A DNA stretch of 64,000 bases from Candidatus Eiseniibacteriota bacterium (GCA_963762255.1 CAVXKA010000002.1:928001-992000); one strand, 5' to 3'; positions 1-8,985 are shown, counted from the stretch's first letter. Translations and numbers: made by a program. Notes: a model not told the origin generated them from the sequence alone.

Positions 1-115
1 ACGGCTTGCTTGCTGCAGGCGCTTCCGCCGTTGGCGGCGCCGCGGCGGCCGGCCCCTGCAGCCGGGCCAGCACCTCGCGGGTGATCCGCTCGATGAGGGC
101 ATCGCGCTCGTTCAT
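1..115 (-). CDS. N-terminus of a gene truncated by the window edge; starts with an encapsulation-peptide-like helix (possibly DeoC or another microcompartment enzyme)
   Basis: Manual translation from ATG at 115 (ATGA overlap with rpiB stop): MNERDALIERITREVLARLQGPAAAAPPTAEAPAASKP; open to the edge. Confidence 0.7.
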   Translation of the reverse strand, partial: MNERDALIERITREVLARLQGPAAAAPPTAEAPAASKP

Positions 116-672
116 CGCGCTCCCGCTCCCGCCCCGTCCAGGGCGTCGATCTTGGCCACCCGCTTCAAGTGGCGCTCTTCCGTGCAGGCGGTCGCAAGAA
201 AGGTCTTCACGATCGCGCGGGCGAGCACGACGCCGATCAATCCCGCTCCCAGCGTGACCACGTTGGCGTTGTTGTGCTCGCGCGCGTTGGCGGCGGTGGA
301 GAGGTCGTAGCAGAGCGCGGCCCGCGCGCCCGGAATCTTGTTGGCGGCCATGCAGGATCCGATGCCGGCGCCGTCGATCATGATCCCGAACTCGGCGCGC
401 CCATCGACGACCGCGCGCGCGACCGCCGCCGCGAAGTCGGGATAGTCCACCGCGTCGGTGGAGTGCGTGCCGAGGTCGACCGGTTCCCACCCGATCGTCG
501 GGAGGAATCGCTTGAGATCTTCCTTGAGCGGAAAGCCGCCGTGGTCGGCGCCGATCGCCACTCGGCGCGCCGCGACCGCACCGGGATTCGCGAGCGATGC
601 GTCGACGACGCGCTCCACCACCGTGCGCACGAGATTCTCAAGCTCTCGATCGTGCAAGCCGCCGTCCTCCAT
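112..672 (-). CDS. rpiB: Ribose-5-phosphate isomerase B with N-terminal extension
   Basis: GADHGGF, VDYPDFA, DGAGIGSCMAANK, AREHNNANV, RHLKRVAKI motifs. Confidence 0.92.
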   Translation of the reverse strand: MEDGGLHDRELENLVRTVVERVVDASLANPGAVAARRVAIGADHGGFPLKEDLKRFLPTIGWEPVDLGTHSTDAVDYPDFAAAVARAVVDGRAEFGIMIDGAGIGSCMAANKIPGARAALCYDLSTAANAREHNNANVVTLGAGLIGVVLARAIVKTFLATACTEERHLKRVAKIDALDGAGAGAR

Positions 673-751
673 TCGCTTCGAGCCGCCTTGCCTCGAAGTC
701 GGGGCGCGATGATACTACGGGCCCCCGGAGGCGTCCACACACGGAGGAAGC

Positions 752-1324
752 ATGGCCGACAAGACGCGCTGCGCATGGGCGGGCACCGATCCCCTCTACG
801 TGGCTTACCACGATCACGAGTGGGGCGTGCCCGAGCACGACGATCGCGCGCTCTTCGAGAAGCTCCTGCTGGACGGGTTCCAGGCCGGCCTGGCCTGGAT
901 CACGATCCTGCGCAAGCGCGAGAACTTTCGGCGGGCCTTCGACGGGTTCGACCCGGAGAAGATCGCCCGCTACCGCGCGGCGAAGATCGAATCGCTGCTC
1001 GCGGATCCCGGTATCGTGCGCAACCGGCAGAAGGTAGCGGCCTCGGTGGGCAATGCGCGGGCCTACATCGAGCTGAGGAAGGAAGCCGGGAGTTTCGACC
1101 GGTATCTGTGGAGCTTCGTGGGGGGGAAGCCGATAATGAACGCGTACCGGACGATGGCGGAATTGCCGGCGCGGTCGGCGGAATCCGAAGCGATGAGCCG
1201 CGATCTCGTGCGTCGGGGGTTTCGATTCGTGGGCCCCACCATCTGCTACGCGTTCATGCAGGCGGTGGGGATGACGCACGATCACCTCGTCGACTGCTTC
1301 CGGTACGGAAAGCTCAAGCCATGA
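752..1324 (+). CDS. tag: DNA-3-methyladenine glycosylase I
   Basis: RCAW, YHDHEWGVP, FQAGLAWITIL, IVRNRQK, FVGPTICYAFMQAVG, DHLVDCF. Confidence 0.95.
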   Translation: MADKTRCAWAGTDPLYVAYHDHEWGVPEHDDRALFEKLLLDGFQAGLAWITILRKRENFRRAFDGFDPEKIARYRAAKIESLLADPGIVRNRQKVAASVGNARAYIELRKEAGSFDRYLWSFVGGKPIMNAYRTMAELPARSAESEAMSRDLVRRGFRFVGPTICYAFMQAVGMTHDHLVDCFRYGKLKP

Positions 1325-1725
1325 CCTCGTTGCGCCGCAACAAGAACTGGATCCTCGTCGCCGTCGCGGTGGCGGTGCCCGTGCTCGTGATCGTGGGGCT
1401 GCGGGTGGCCGCCCGCGTCGAGGAGTGGCCCGTCTCCCTCGGCGCCAACACCGTAGAGCAGGTCAAGGGACAACCGCTGACGCTCTACTCCTGCGACAAC
1501 ATCCCCAAGCTCTCGGGCACGCCGTGTCATGAACAGGGCAGCGCCGACTTCATGATGGTGGTGCTCCACGACAAGCCTGCGGGCGCGGCGTCGGTGCGCG
1601 TCCCCGACCCCGGCGCCGGCATCCCCGCGCGCACGCTCGAGCTTCGTTTCATCGGCGGAACGGTCTGGGTCAAGGTCGAGGCGAGCGATCTGCAAGGATG
1701 GATCGAGCGCGGCTACACGCGCTGA
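1321..1725 (+). CDS. Hypothetical membrane-anchored protein
   Basis: ATGA overlap with tag stop; N-terminal hydrophobic helix; C-terminal WVKV...GWI resembles an SH3b-like end. Confidence 0.65.
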   Translation: MTSLRRNKNWILVAVAVAVPVLVIVGLRVAARVEEWPVSLGANTVEQVKGQPLTLYSCDNIPKLSGTPCHEQGSADFMMVVLHDKPAGAASVRVPDPGAGIPARTLELRFIGGTVWVKVEASDLQGWIERGYTR

Positions 1726-1781
1726 ATCGCGCGGCAACAACCGCCGCGTGACATCCGCCCGCTTCGGTTCCGTCGCCCCCG

Positions 1782-2450
1782 CTACTCGGCCTTCACGAAC
1801 CTCACCATCCCGGTCTTCAGGTCTTCGCTGGCGGGGCTCGGGCCGAACCAGATGGCGAAGAGGGCCCGCGCGAACGCAGGATCGGCGATGGGCGCGCAGG
1901 GGCGACCCGGCATCATCACGTAGAGCCCCATGCCCGGCATCCAGGTGATCTCGATCGTCTGACCGTCCTTGACGCCGGCGTCGGTGAAGAAGCCGAGGAA
2001 GGCCGCCTTCGCTTTCTCCAGGTCCGGCGTCATCGCATCCGCGGGAAGAGTCTTTGCGAACCCCTCCTCATAGGTCTCGCGGATCTTTCCGCCGTCCACG
2101 TCCCGCAGGAAGTGCATCTCGACCCGCTTCGCGAAGTTTCCGTTGATCAACGCGGCAAAGGGATCGGCACCGAGCGGCGCGTTCTCGTCCGCATAGAGCA
2201 CACCCTCGTACACCTTGAACATGAGCTTCTTGCGCAGGCCGGAACCGAGCGCCTTCAAGGTGACCGTCTCCCCCGCCGCCTTGATCGCGATCTTCTCGGG
2301 GAACTTCTTATCCGTGCCCTTTCCCTTGAAGGTCTCCGTGCCCGCGGGGGACACGTTGAGGATCTGCGGGATCGCGCCTTGGGCGCGCACGAGGACCGCA
2401 GCGAAGATCGTGAGGACCAGGGCGAGGAGAGCCATGCGGGCGAGCTTCAT
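1782..2450 (-). CDS. Chalcone isomerase-like exported protein
   Basis: Signal peptide; GSGLRKKLMFKVY, FLRDVDG, FARALFAIWFG..P.SEDLK pattern; GGAGG RBS. Confidence 0.8.
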   Translation of the reverse strand: MKLARMALLALVLTIFAAVLVRAQGAIPQILNVSPAGTETFKGKGTDKKFPEKIAIKAAGETVTLKALGSGLRKKLMFKVYEGVLYADENAPLGADPFAALINGNFAKRVEMHFLRDVDGGKIRETYEEGFAKTLPADAMTPDLEKAKAAFLGFFTDAGVKDGQTIEITWMPGMGLYVMMPGRPCAPIADPAFARALFAIWFGPSPASEDLKTGMVRFVKAE

Positions 2451-2466
2451 CGTTCACCTCCGGAGG

Positions 2467-4602
2467 TCAGGGCCGGATATCGAGCCTGATACGGGCGTCG
2501 ACCGCCACGCATCCCTTGCCAACTGATAGCACCTTTACAGGGTTCAGGTCCATCTCCGCGATCTCGGGATGATTCCCCACCAGAACGGACACACGCAGGA
2601 TCGCTTCCTCCAGGGCCGGGACATCGGCCGGAGGCGCGCCGCGATAGCCGTTGAGGAGTGCATACCCCCGAACCCCCCGAACCATTTCGTCGGCGTCGCG
2701 GTCGGTGAGCGGGTGGATGCGGAAGGTCACGTCCTTCATCACTTCGACCTGCACCCCGCCGAGGCCGAACGCCACGAGCGGGCCGAACTTGGGATCCTGG
2801 GTCACGCCGACCAGAACCTCGACCCCTTCCTTCACCAGGGGCTGCACGGTGAAGCCGTGCGCCGCGCCCTCCAGGCCGCGGGTGCGCAGCGCGGCGCAGA
2901 TCTCGTTCACCGCGCTCTCGACCTCCGCTTCCGTGCGCAGGTCGAGCCGCACACCGCCCACGTCGCTCTTGTGCGAGATGGAATCGGAGTGGAGCTTCAC
3001 GACCACGGGGAAACCGAGGGAGCGCGCGGCGGCCGCCGCCTCCTTGGGGGTCGCGGCGAAGAGCACGGGCGGGGTGCGGATGCCGTACGCGGCCAGGACG
3101 CGGTCGACTTCGTCGGCGTTGAGCCAGCCGCCTTCATCGCCCATGCGCTCGCGCGCGGCCGCAAACACCGCGGCGGCGTCCGCCGCGCGCACGTCGTCAA
3201 AGGCGATCTCGCGACCGGGGGCCTTCGCCATCCACTGGCCGTGGCGCACCGCGCGCCCGAGCACGCGCACCGCGCTCTCGGGAAACGCATACGAGGGGAT
3301 GTTTCCCTCCTTGAGCGAGCGCAGTCCTTCCGGCACGCCGTGCTTGCCGAGGAAGCAGGTGAGCACCGGCTTCTCGGTGCCTTCGGAGCCGTTCACGATC
3401 CCCCGCGCCACCTCGCGGGGCTCCGTCACGATCGGCGGCACGAAGAGCGCGATCAAGGCGTCGATCTTCGGGTCCGCGAGCAGCGCCCGCGTGGCACGCT
3501 CGTAGTTCTGCGCGGTGGCCGAAGCGATCATGTCCACCGGGTTGCGCACGCTCGCTTCCGGGGGAAGGAACTCGTGCAGGCGCGCCGTGGTGCTCTCGCT
3601 CAGGTCGGACACCTCCAGCCCGTGCGCCTCGCAGGCATCGGTCGCGAGGATCCCGGGACCGCCGGCGTTGGTCAGGATGGCCACGCGGCTCCCCTTCGGG
3701 ATCGGCTGATACGCGAGGAACGCGGCCATGTCGAAGAGTTCTTCCACGGTGTCGACGCGGATGATGCCGGTCTGCGCGAAGAGCGCGTCCACCGCCACGT
3801 CGGCGCCTGCCAGGGCGCCGGTGTGGCTCGTGGCCGCGGTCATGCCTCGGCGCGTGCGCCCGCTCTTTACGGCGACGATCGGCTTGCGCCGCGTGATCTC
3901 ACGAGCGAGCCGCGTGAACTTGCGGGGGTTACCGAACGATTCCAGGTACAAGAGCATGACCTTGGTGCGCGGGTCGGCGTCCCACCACTGCACGAGGTCG
4001 TTGCTGGAAACGTCGGCCTTGTTCCCGATGGAGACGAAGTCGCTGACCCCGATGTTGAAGCTGCGCGTGTAGTCGAGGATGGCCACCCCGAGCGCGCCGC
4101 TCTGGCTGGCGATGGCCACGTTGCCTTCCGGCGGATAGGTCGGGGCAAAGGTCGCGTCGAGGCGCACGTCGGGTGCGGTGCTGAGCACACCGAGGCAATT
4201 CGGCCCCACCAGGCGCATGCCGTGCGCGCGAACGATCTCCTTCAAGCGCGCTTCGCGGGCCGCGCCTTCTTCGTTGACTTCCTTGAACCCGGCCGAGATC
4301 ACGACCACCCCGCGCACACCCTTCGCGGCGCAGGCTTCGACCATGGCGACGACGACCTTGGCCGGCACCACGACCACCGCGAGGTCGACCGGGCCCGGGA
4401 TATCGGCGATGCTCGCGTAAGCCTTCACCGACTGCACGAAGTCGGACTTGAGGTTGACCGGGTACACCGGCCCCTGGAAACCGTTCAAGAGCAGGTTGCG
4501 GAAGATCTCGCCGCCGATCGACCCGCGCTCGGTGGAAGCGCCGATCACCGCCACCGATCGCGGGCGCAAGAGACCCGAGAGATCCACGGCGCTCCCGCTC
4601 AC
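2467..4602 (-). CDS. Acetate/acyl-CoA ligase (ADP-forming family, fused CoA-binding and ATP-grasp domains)
   Basis: PRSVAVIGAS, GPNCLG, SQSGALG, SHTGALAG, HKSDVGGV, MDLNPV, DARI; GTG start at 4602 overlaps USP stop. Confidence 0.9.
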   Translation of the reverse strand: MSGSAVDLSGLLRPRSVAVIGASTERGSIGGEIFRNLLLNGFQGPVYPVNLKSDFVQSVKAYASIADIPGPVDLAVVVVPAKVVVAMVEACAAKGVRGVVVISAGFKEVNEEGAAREARLKEIVRAHGMRLVGPNCLGVLSTAPDVRLDATFAPTYPPEGNVAIASQSGALGVAILDYTRSFNIGVSDFVSIGNKADVSSNDLVQWWDADPRTKVMLLYLESFGNPRKFTRLAREITRRKPIVAVKSGRTRRGMTAATSHTGALAGADVAVDALFAQTGIIRVDTVEELFDMAAFLAYQPIPKGSRVAILTNAGGPGILATDACEAHGLEVSDLSESTTARLHEFLPPEASVRNPVDMIASATAQNYERATRALLADPKIDALIALFVPPIVTEPREVARGIVNGSEGTEKPVLTCFLGKHGVPEGLRSLKEGNIPSYAFPESAVRVLGRAVRHGQWMAKAPGREIAFDDVRAADAAAVFAAARERMGDEGGWLNADEVDRVLAAYGIRTPPVLFAATPKEAAAAARSLGFPVVVKLHSDSISHKSDVGGVRLDLRTEAEVESAVNEICAALRTRGLEGAAHGFTVQPLVKEGVEVLVGVTQDPKFGPLVAFGLGGVQVEVMKDVTFRIHPLTDRDADEMVRGVRGYALLNGYRGAPPADVPALEEAILRVSVLVGNHPEIAEMDLNPVKVLSVGKGCVAVDARIRLDIRP

Positions 4603-5063
4603 GGGTTCTCCATCTCGCCGTCTGGTCGATGCACGACGAGAACCGGACAGGGCGAGGTCCGCACGACCTTCTCGGTCACGCTTCCCAGCAGCATATGTTT
4701 GAGGCCGGTACGGCCATGAGTGCCCATGACGATCAAGTCGGTCTTCTCCTCTTCCGCAAGGCGAACGATCCCCGCGAAGGGCGCGCCGTGCAGGACGCGC
4801 GTGTCGAGCCGCACGCCCTCGGGCAACGCCTTCGGCACGAACGCCTCCATCTCCCGAGCCGCCTCTGCGGACAGTCGCTGGGTCAGCTCGGGGGGCGGCA
4901 CCGCGATCCCCACGTAGCCGTAGGTAAGCGGGATGTCGTCCACCACGTGGCAGACCAGGAGCGTGCCGCCGGGCGAAACGAGGTCGAGAGCGTAGTCGAG
5001 GGTGGCCCGCGAGGTCTCGGAGAAATCGATAGGAGCGAGCACTTTCGTGAACTGCTTGGCCAT
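4599..5063 (-). CDS. Universal stress protein
   Basis: VLAPIDFS, DLIVMGTHGRTG, LLGSVTEKVVRTSPCPVLVV. Confidence 0.93.
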   Translation of the reverse strand: MAKQFTKVLAPIDFSETSRATLDYALDLVSPGGTLLVCHVVDDIPLTYGYVGIAVPPPELTQRLSAEAAREMEAFVPKALPEGVRLDTRVLHGAPFAGIVRLAEEEKTDLIVMGTHGRTGLKHMLLGSVTEKVVRTSPCPVLVVHRPDGEMENP

Positions 5064-5216
5064 GCTCCACCTTCCTCTCCGCCCCGGATCCGTGCGGCGC
5101 GCGCGGCCTCCGGATCTGTTCGAGGCGCGCGGCCATCGCGTCCGCGCCCGGGGCTGTTGCTATCAGTATAGCCCGCGCCGCTTGCGCCGGCACCGCGCAT
5201 TCCCCACACTCTGGCC

Positions 5217-6351
5217 ATGGTCCGGCAACGTCCGCTTCGCATCCCCGATCCCCCCGGCGTCCCCCGGCTGCGCGCCGCGCTCAACGCGTGGTACCGCCGG
5301 CATCGCCGCGCGTTGCCGTGGCGCGACGTGGACGATCCGTATCGCGTGCTCGTCTCCGAGTTCATGCTGCAGCAAACCCAGGTCGCCACCGTGCTCCCCT
5401 ACTTCGACGCGTTCTTGCGGCGCTTCCCCGACCCTGCGCGCGCTCGCCCAGGCTCCGGAGATCACCGTCCGCGCGGCGTGGTCCGGCCTGGGCTACTACC
5501 GCCGCGCGCGGAACCTCCAGGCCACGGCGCGGGTGGTGGTGCGCGATCACGGCGGCGCGCTACCGGGTTCCTACGAAGCGCTGCGCGCCTTGCCCGGCGT
5601 GGGCGACTACACGGCCGCGGCGTTGGGGAGTCTGGTGCACGGGTTGCCGCGCGCTGTCGTGGACGGGAACGTGATCCGCGTGCTGACACGGCTGGTCGCG
5701 TACCGAGAGGTCGTCTCGCGCGCGCCGGCGCGGCGAGCGTTGCAGGAGCTGGCCGATGCGCTGCTCGATCCCCGACGACCGGGCGACTGGAACCAGGCGA
5801 TGATGGAGTTGGGGGCGACGGTGTGCCTCCCTCGCAATCCGCGATGCACGGCGTGCCCCTGGCGGAGCGCATGCCGGGCTTGCGCCGCCGGCGAGCCGGA
5901 GCGATACCCCCTGAAGGACGCGGCGCGAGCGAGCGTGAACGTGACGCGGGCGGTCGCGGTGCTTCGTCGCGGTGGCGCGGTCTATCTCGTCCGCCGGTCG
6001 GATCCCCGATTGCTTGACGGCACCTGGGAACTTCCCGGCCTGGACGTCTCCGGCAGCGGCGATCCACGAGACGCGTTGGCCGAGCATCTGGAGACAATCC
6101 TGGGGCGGCGCGAGCGCGCAGGGCTGAAGGCGGCGCGCGTGGGCGCGGAGCTTGCGCGCGTGAAGCACACGATCACGCATCGGCGGTTAACGGTGAGCGC
6201 CTACGCGGTACAAACGCAGCCGCTTCCTCGCGCGCGCAAGGACAGGGCGGCATGGGTCGCGTTGGATGATGCGACCGACTACCCGATGTCCTCGATGACG
6301 GCCAAGCTCCTCAAGGAGCTTGCGAAGCTTCCCCCGCCATCAAGGCCCTGA
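5217..6351 (+). CDS. mutY: A/G-specific adenine glycosylase MutY, split by a +1 frameshift near 5428 (probable sequence error)
   Basis: RALPWR..DPYRVLVSEFMLQQTQV in one frame; WSGLGYYRRARNL, LPGVGDYTA, VDGNVIRV, C-x6-C-x2-C-x5-C in the next; extra base in TTCCCCGACC. Confidence 0.88.
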
Positions 6352-6883
6352 TCTCCTCGCCGCTCCAGGGCTTGGCGCGCCCCGAAGTCTCCGCGCGCAC
6401 GCGCGCCACATCGGCGGCCGTCACAGGCGTGCCCACGTTCCCCCACGATGCGCGCAGGTAGCTCAGGATCGCTGCGAGCTTCTCGTCGGGGAGCTGCCCG
6501 CCTTGCGGCGGCATCTTGTTCATGAAGCGCACGCCGTCGACGGTGATCTCGCCTTCGAGGCCGTGGAGCACGATGCGGATCGCCACGGTCGGATCCGCGT
6601 TCACCCACGATCCGCCGCGCAAGGGCGGATAGAGCTCTCCCATCCCGCGCCCCTCGCGTCCGTGACACGGGGCACAGGTGAAGCGGTAGTACGAGCGCCC
6701 GTTCATATGAGCCGGATCGGCGTCGGCCGCGTCGGGCTCGGCCTGCTTCCCGCCTCCACCGCAGCCGGTTGTTCCCACGAGAACGGCAACGGCTAGTGCG
6801 CATATCCACGCCCGGCGGCCGAGGAACAGGCTCAGCGCGGCGAGGCCGCGGTCGGTTCGAAGAGGAAGTCGCGTCCTGCGCAT
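6311..6883 (-). CDS. Monoheme cytochrome c lipoprotein
   Basis: Lipobox-like TTGC, CAPCH heme motif, YPPL.G, KMPP, YLRASWGN; start uncertain. Confidence 0.85.
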   Translation of the reverse strand: MRRTRLPLRTDRGLAALSLFLGRRAWICALAVAVLVGTTGCGGGGKQAEPDAADADPAHMNGRSYYRFTCAPCHGREGRGMGELYPPLRGGSWVNADPTVAIRIVLHGLEGEITVDGVRFMNKMPPQGGQLPDEKLAAILSYLRASWGNVGTPVTAADVARVRAETSGRAKPWSGEEIRALMAGEASQAP

Positions 6884-7008
6884 GAAGGCATCATACACGG
6901 GTGACCGTTCGTTTTCCTCCGCGTCTCTCCGGGTGTAGGCTTGGGTCCTTATCAGCCCCCGGCGCGCGCCGGGTCGACGCAAACAATCGATCGCGGAGGA
7001 CTGGAACG

Positions 7009-7410
7009 ATGATGAACCTCGACTACGCCTTCACCCGCAACTTTCCGGGGGTCACCCCCGAGGCCGCCCGCACCCGCATCGAGGCGTCGCTCAAGGAGGA
7101 GGGCTTCGGCATCCTCACCGAAATCGACGTCAAGGCCACGCTGAAGAAGAAGCTCGACGTGGAGTTCCGCAAGTACTGGATCCTCGGCGCGTGCAACCCG
7201 AGAGTGGCGCACGAGGCGCTGACCATGGAGCCGGGAATCGGACTGCTCCTTCCGTGCAACGTCGTGGTGACAGAGGACGACGCGGGGAACGCGGTGGTCT
7301 CGATCATGGATCCGCACGCGATGGTGCGCGCGATCCCGAACAACGAGCACCTGAACCGACCCATGGAGCAGGTGCGCGAGATGTTGAAGCGAGCGTTGGA
7401 GAAGGCGTAG
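7009..7410 (+). CDS. DUF302 family protein
   Basis: EGFGILTEIDVKATLKKKL, ILGACNP, IGLLLPCNVVV; GGAGG RBS. Confidence 0.9.
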   Translation: MMNLDYAFTRNFPGVTPEAARTRIEASLKEEGFGILTEIDVKATLKKKLDVEFRKYWILGACNPRVAHEALTMEPGIGLLLPCNVVVTEDDAGNAVVSIMDPHAMVRAIPNNEHLNRPMEQVREMLKRALEKA

Positions 7411-7459
7411 CGCGCGCGCATCCATCTACGCGTTTTTTTACGAATCCATCACTTTTTTA

Positions 7460-7488
7460 TTGACGTATCTGTGGCGTCGCGATAGATT
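7460..7488 (+). promoter_or_regulatory. Sigma70-type promoter of the HNH gene
   Basis: TTGACG - 17 bp - TAGATT preceded by T tracts, 53 bp upstream of the ATG. Confidence 0.65.
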
Positions 7489-7541
7489 CTCTGTGCCCGC
7501 CCACTTCCCCCGTCCTTCCACCCGTCCACGGAGGGACCGCC

Positions 7542-8852
7542 ATGTCCGCTGAAACCACTGCACTTCACACTGACACCGCCGTGTTGCTTGAGGGGGCCGT
7601 GCTCACCCGGGTGAGCACCGGGGTCGTAGGTCGATCGCCGGCCTTGAGTCCGGCTAATTCCGCATCCGCGCGCCCACTTCCCGCCGCGGAGGTCGAAGCT
7701 CGTCTGGTCGCCGCGTTGGGGGACCTGGACGCCGCGCGGAAGAACGCGGTGATCTGGTTCGGAGAGATCCTCGCCCGCAAGCTCTACTTGGAGTTCGGGT
7801 GCTCGAGCATCCACCACTATGCGCGAGAGAGACTGGGGTTCTCTCGGGCGAGGACCGCGTACTTCCTGCGACTGTGTCGGTCCTTCGAAGCACTGCCGGC
7901 GTTGAAGGAGTCGATCGCTACCGGGATGGTGCCGTGGACGAAGGCACGGGAGGTGGTGAAGGTGGCCACGCCGGAGACGGAGTCGTTCTGGGTCGAGCAG
8001 GCTCGGACCACCGGCCGGCGCGAGTTGGAGCAGCGGGTGGCGGCGACACAGGGGGCGGCGCGCTCCCGGCGGCGGGCACCAGGGCAAGGGGAACTGCTGG
8101 CGGCGAATGGCGTGGATGGCCCGGCGAATGGGCGGGCGGCCGGAACCCATGATGCGGTGGACGGCGCAGCCGGCACGGTCGTGAGCCCGGTGACGGAAGT
8201 CCCGGTCACGGTATCGTTCCAACTTTCGCCGGAGCAGTACGCGCGGTATGAAGCGATCCTGGAGCAGGCGCGCAAGACCGGTGCGCGTGGATCTCGCGAA
8301 GAGTTGTTCCTCGCCGCGTGGGAAATGCTCACCCGGGGCAACTTCGGCAGTGCACCGCCCGCGCGGAGCGGGCGGAACCCGGACGTGATCACCCGGGGCA
8401 ACATACCGGCGGCGAATGCGACTCCCGTGTCATCCGCGCCCCGCTACCAGATCGTCATTCGCCAGTGTGAGACCTGCGGCCGAGCTGAGATCGCGACGGG
8501 GCGGGGGGCGATGCCCATCGCGCCCAGGACGTTGGAGACCGCGCTCTGCGATGCGCGCGTGCATCGAAAGGGTCAACCCAACCGCGCGACCATCCCTCCG
8601 TCGGTGCGGCGCGAGGTGCTCGCACGTGACGGTCATCGCTGCCGGACGGCGGGATGCGGCGGTGTGCGGTTCCTGGACGTGCACCACATCGTGCCGCGCG
8701 AACACGGTGGCAGCAACGATCCTGACAACCTCATCACCCTGTGTTGTGCCTGTCACCGGATGATCCACGAGCGCAGCAACGCGGTTGATGCGTGGCCGCT
8801 GCGGCGGGGTTCCGGGATCGATGCTCACCCGGGTGGCACCTCCGCGGCGTAG
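7542..8852 (+). CDS. HNH endonuclease with DUF222-like N-terminal region
   Basis: VLARDGHRCRTAGC...LDVHHIVPREHGGSNDPDNLITLCCACHRMIH; extra CETC; N-terminal GCSSIHHYARERLG...LPALKESIATG..PWTKAREV; GGAGG RBS. Confidence 0.9.
   Translation: MSAETTALHTDTAVLLEGAVLTRVSTGVVGRSPALSPANSASARPLPAAEVEARLVAALGDLDAARKNAVIWFGEILARKLYLEFGCSSIHHYARERLGFSRARTAYFLRLCRSFEALPALKESIATGMVPWTKAREVVKVATPETESFWVEQARTTGRRELEQRVAATQGAARSRRRAPGQGELLAANGVDGPANGRAAGTHDAVDGAAGTVVSPVTEVPVTVSFQLSPEQYARYEAILEQARKTGARGSREELFLAAWEMLTRGNFGSAPPARSGRNPDVITRGNIPAANATPVSSAPRYQIVIRQCETCGRAEIATGRGAMPIAPRTLETALCDARVHRKGQPNRATIPPSVRREVLARDGHRCRTAGCGGVRFLDVHHIVPREHGGSNDPDNLITLCCACHRMIHERSNAVDAWPLRRGSGIDAHPGGTSAA
7599..7618. repeat. Palindrome copy 1 (perfect 20 bp GTGCTCACCCGGGTGAGCAC) inside the HNH gene
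   Basis: Read directly from sequence. Confidence 0.9.
8326..8402. repeat. Two degenerate palindrome copies TG(C/A)TCACCCGGGGCAAC, 60 bp apart, inside the HNH gene linker
   Basis: 8326-8342 and 8386-8402. Confidence 0.8.
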
Positions 8853-8985
8853 CGTGGCGCCCGTCGACCGCAGTCCGACGGGCCGCGAAGCGGGGGACCC
8901 GTCGGCGAGGACGACGGGCGCACGCGAAGCCGCGGGCGTGGGCGAGCCGGGTGGGGGCCGCACCGGGCGCTCACCCGGGTGAGCG
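8821..8985 (+). repeat. HNH-associated structured element copy A: palindrome, stem-loop, palindrome
   Basis: TGCTCACCCGGGTGGCA at 8822-8838; nested stems 8857-8921; perfect 18 bp CGCTCACCCGGGTGAGCG at 8968-8985. Confidence 0.8.

Noticed and set aside
5420-5435. Programmed frameshift or phase variation in mutY (and pgi)
   Set aside because: Runs of only four bases and the same +1 pattern in unrelated genes point to sequence error
7542-8852. HNH protein as IscB/Cas9 or a group II intron protein
   Set aside because: No PLMP, RuvC or reverse-transcriptase motifs visible
8857-8921. Stem-loop as tRNA, SRP RNA or a known riboswitch
   Set aside because: No cloverleaf, SRP loop or recognisable aptamer consensus; it lies at gene 3' ends
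7599-8985. Recurrent palindromes as a CRISPR array
   Set aside because: Irregular spacing, repeats of 20 bp or less, mostly inside a CDS, and no cas genes
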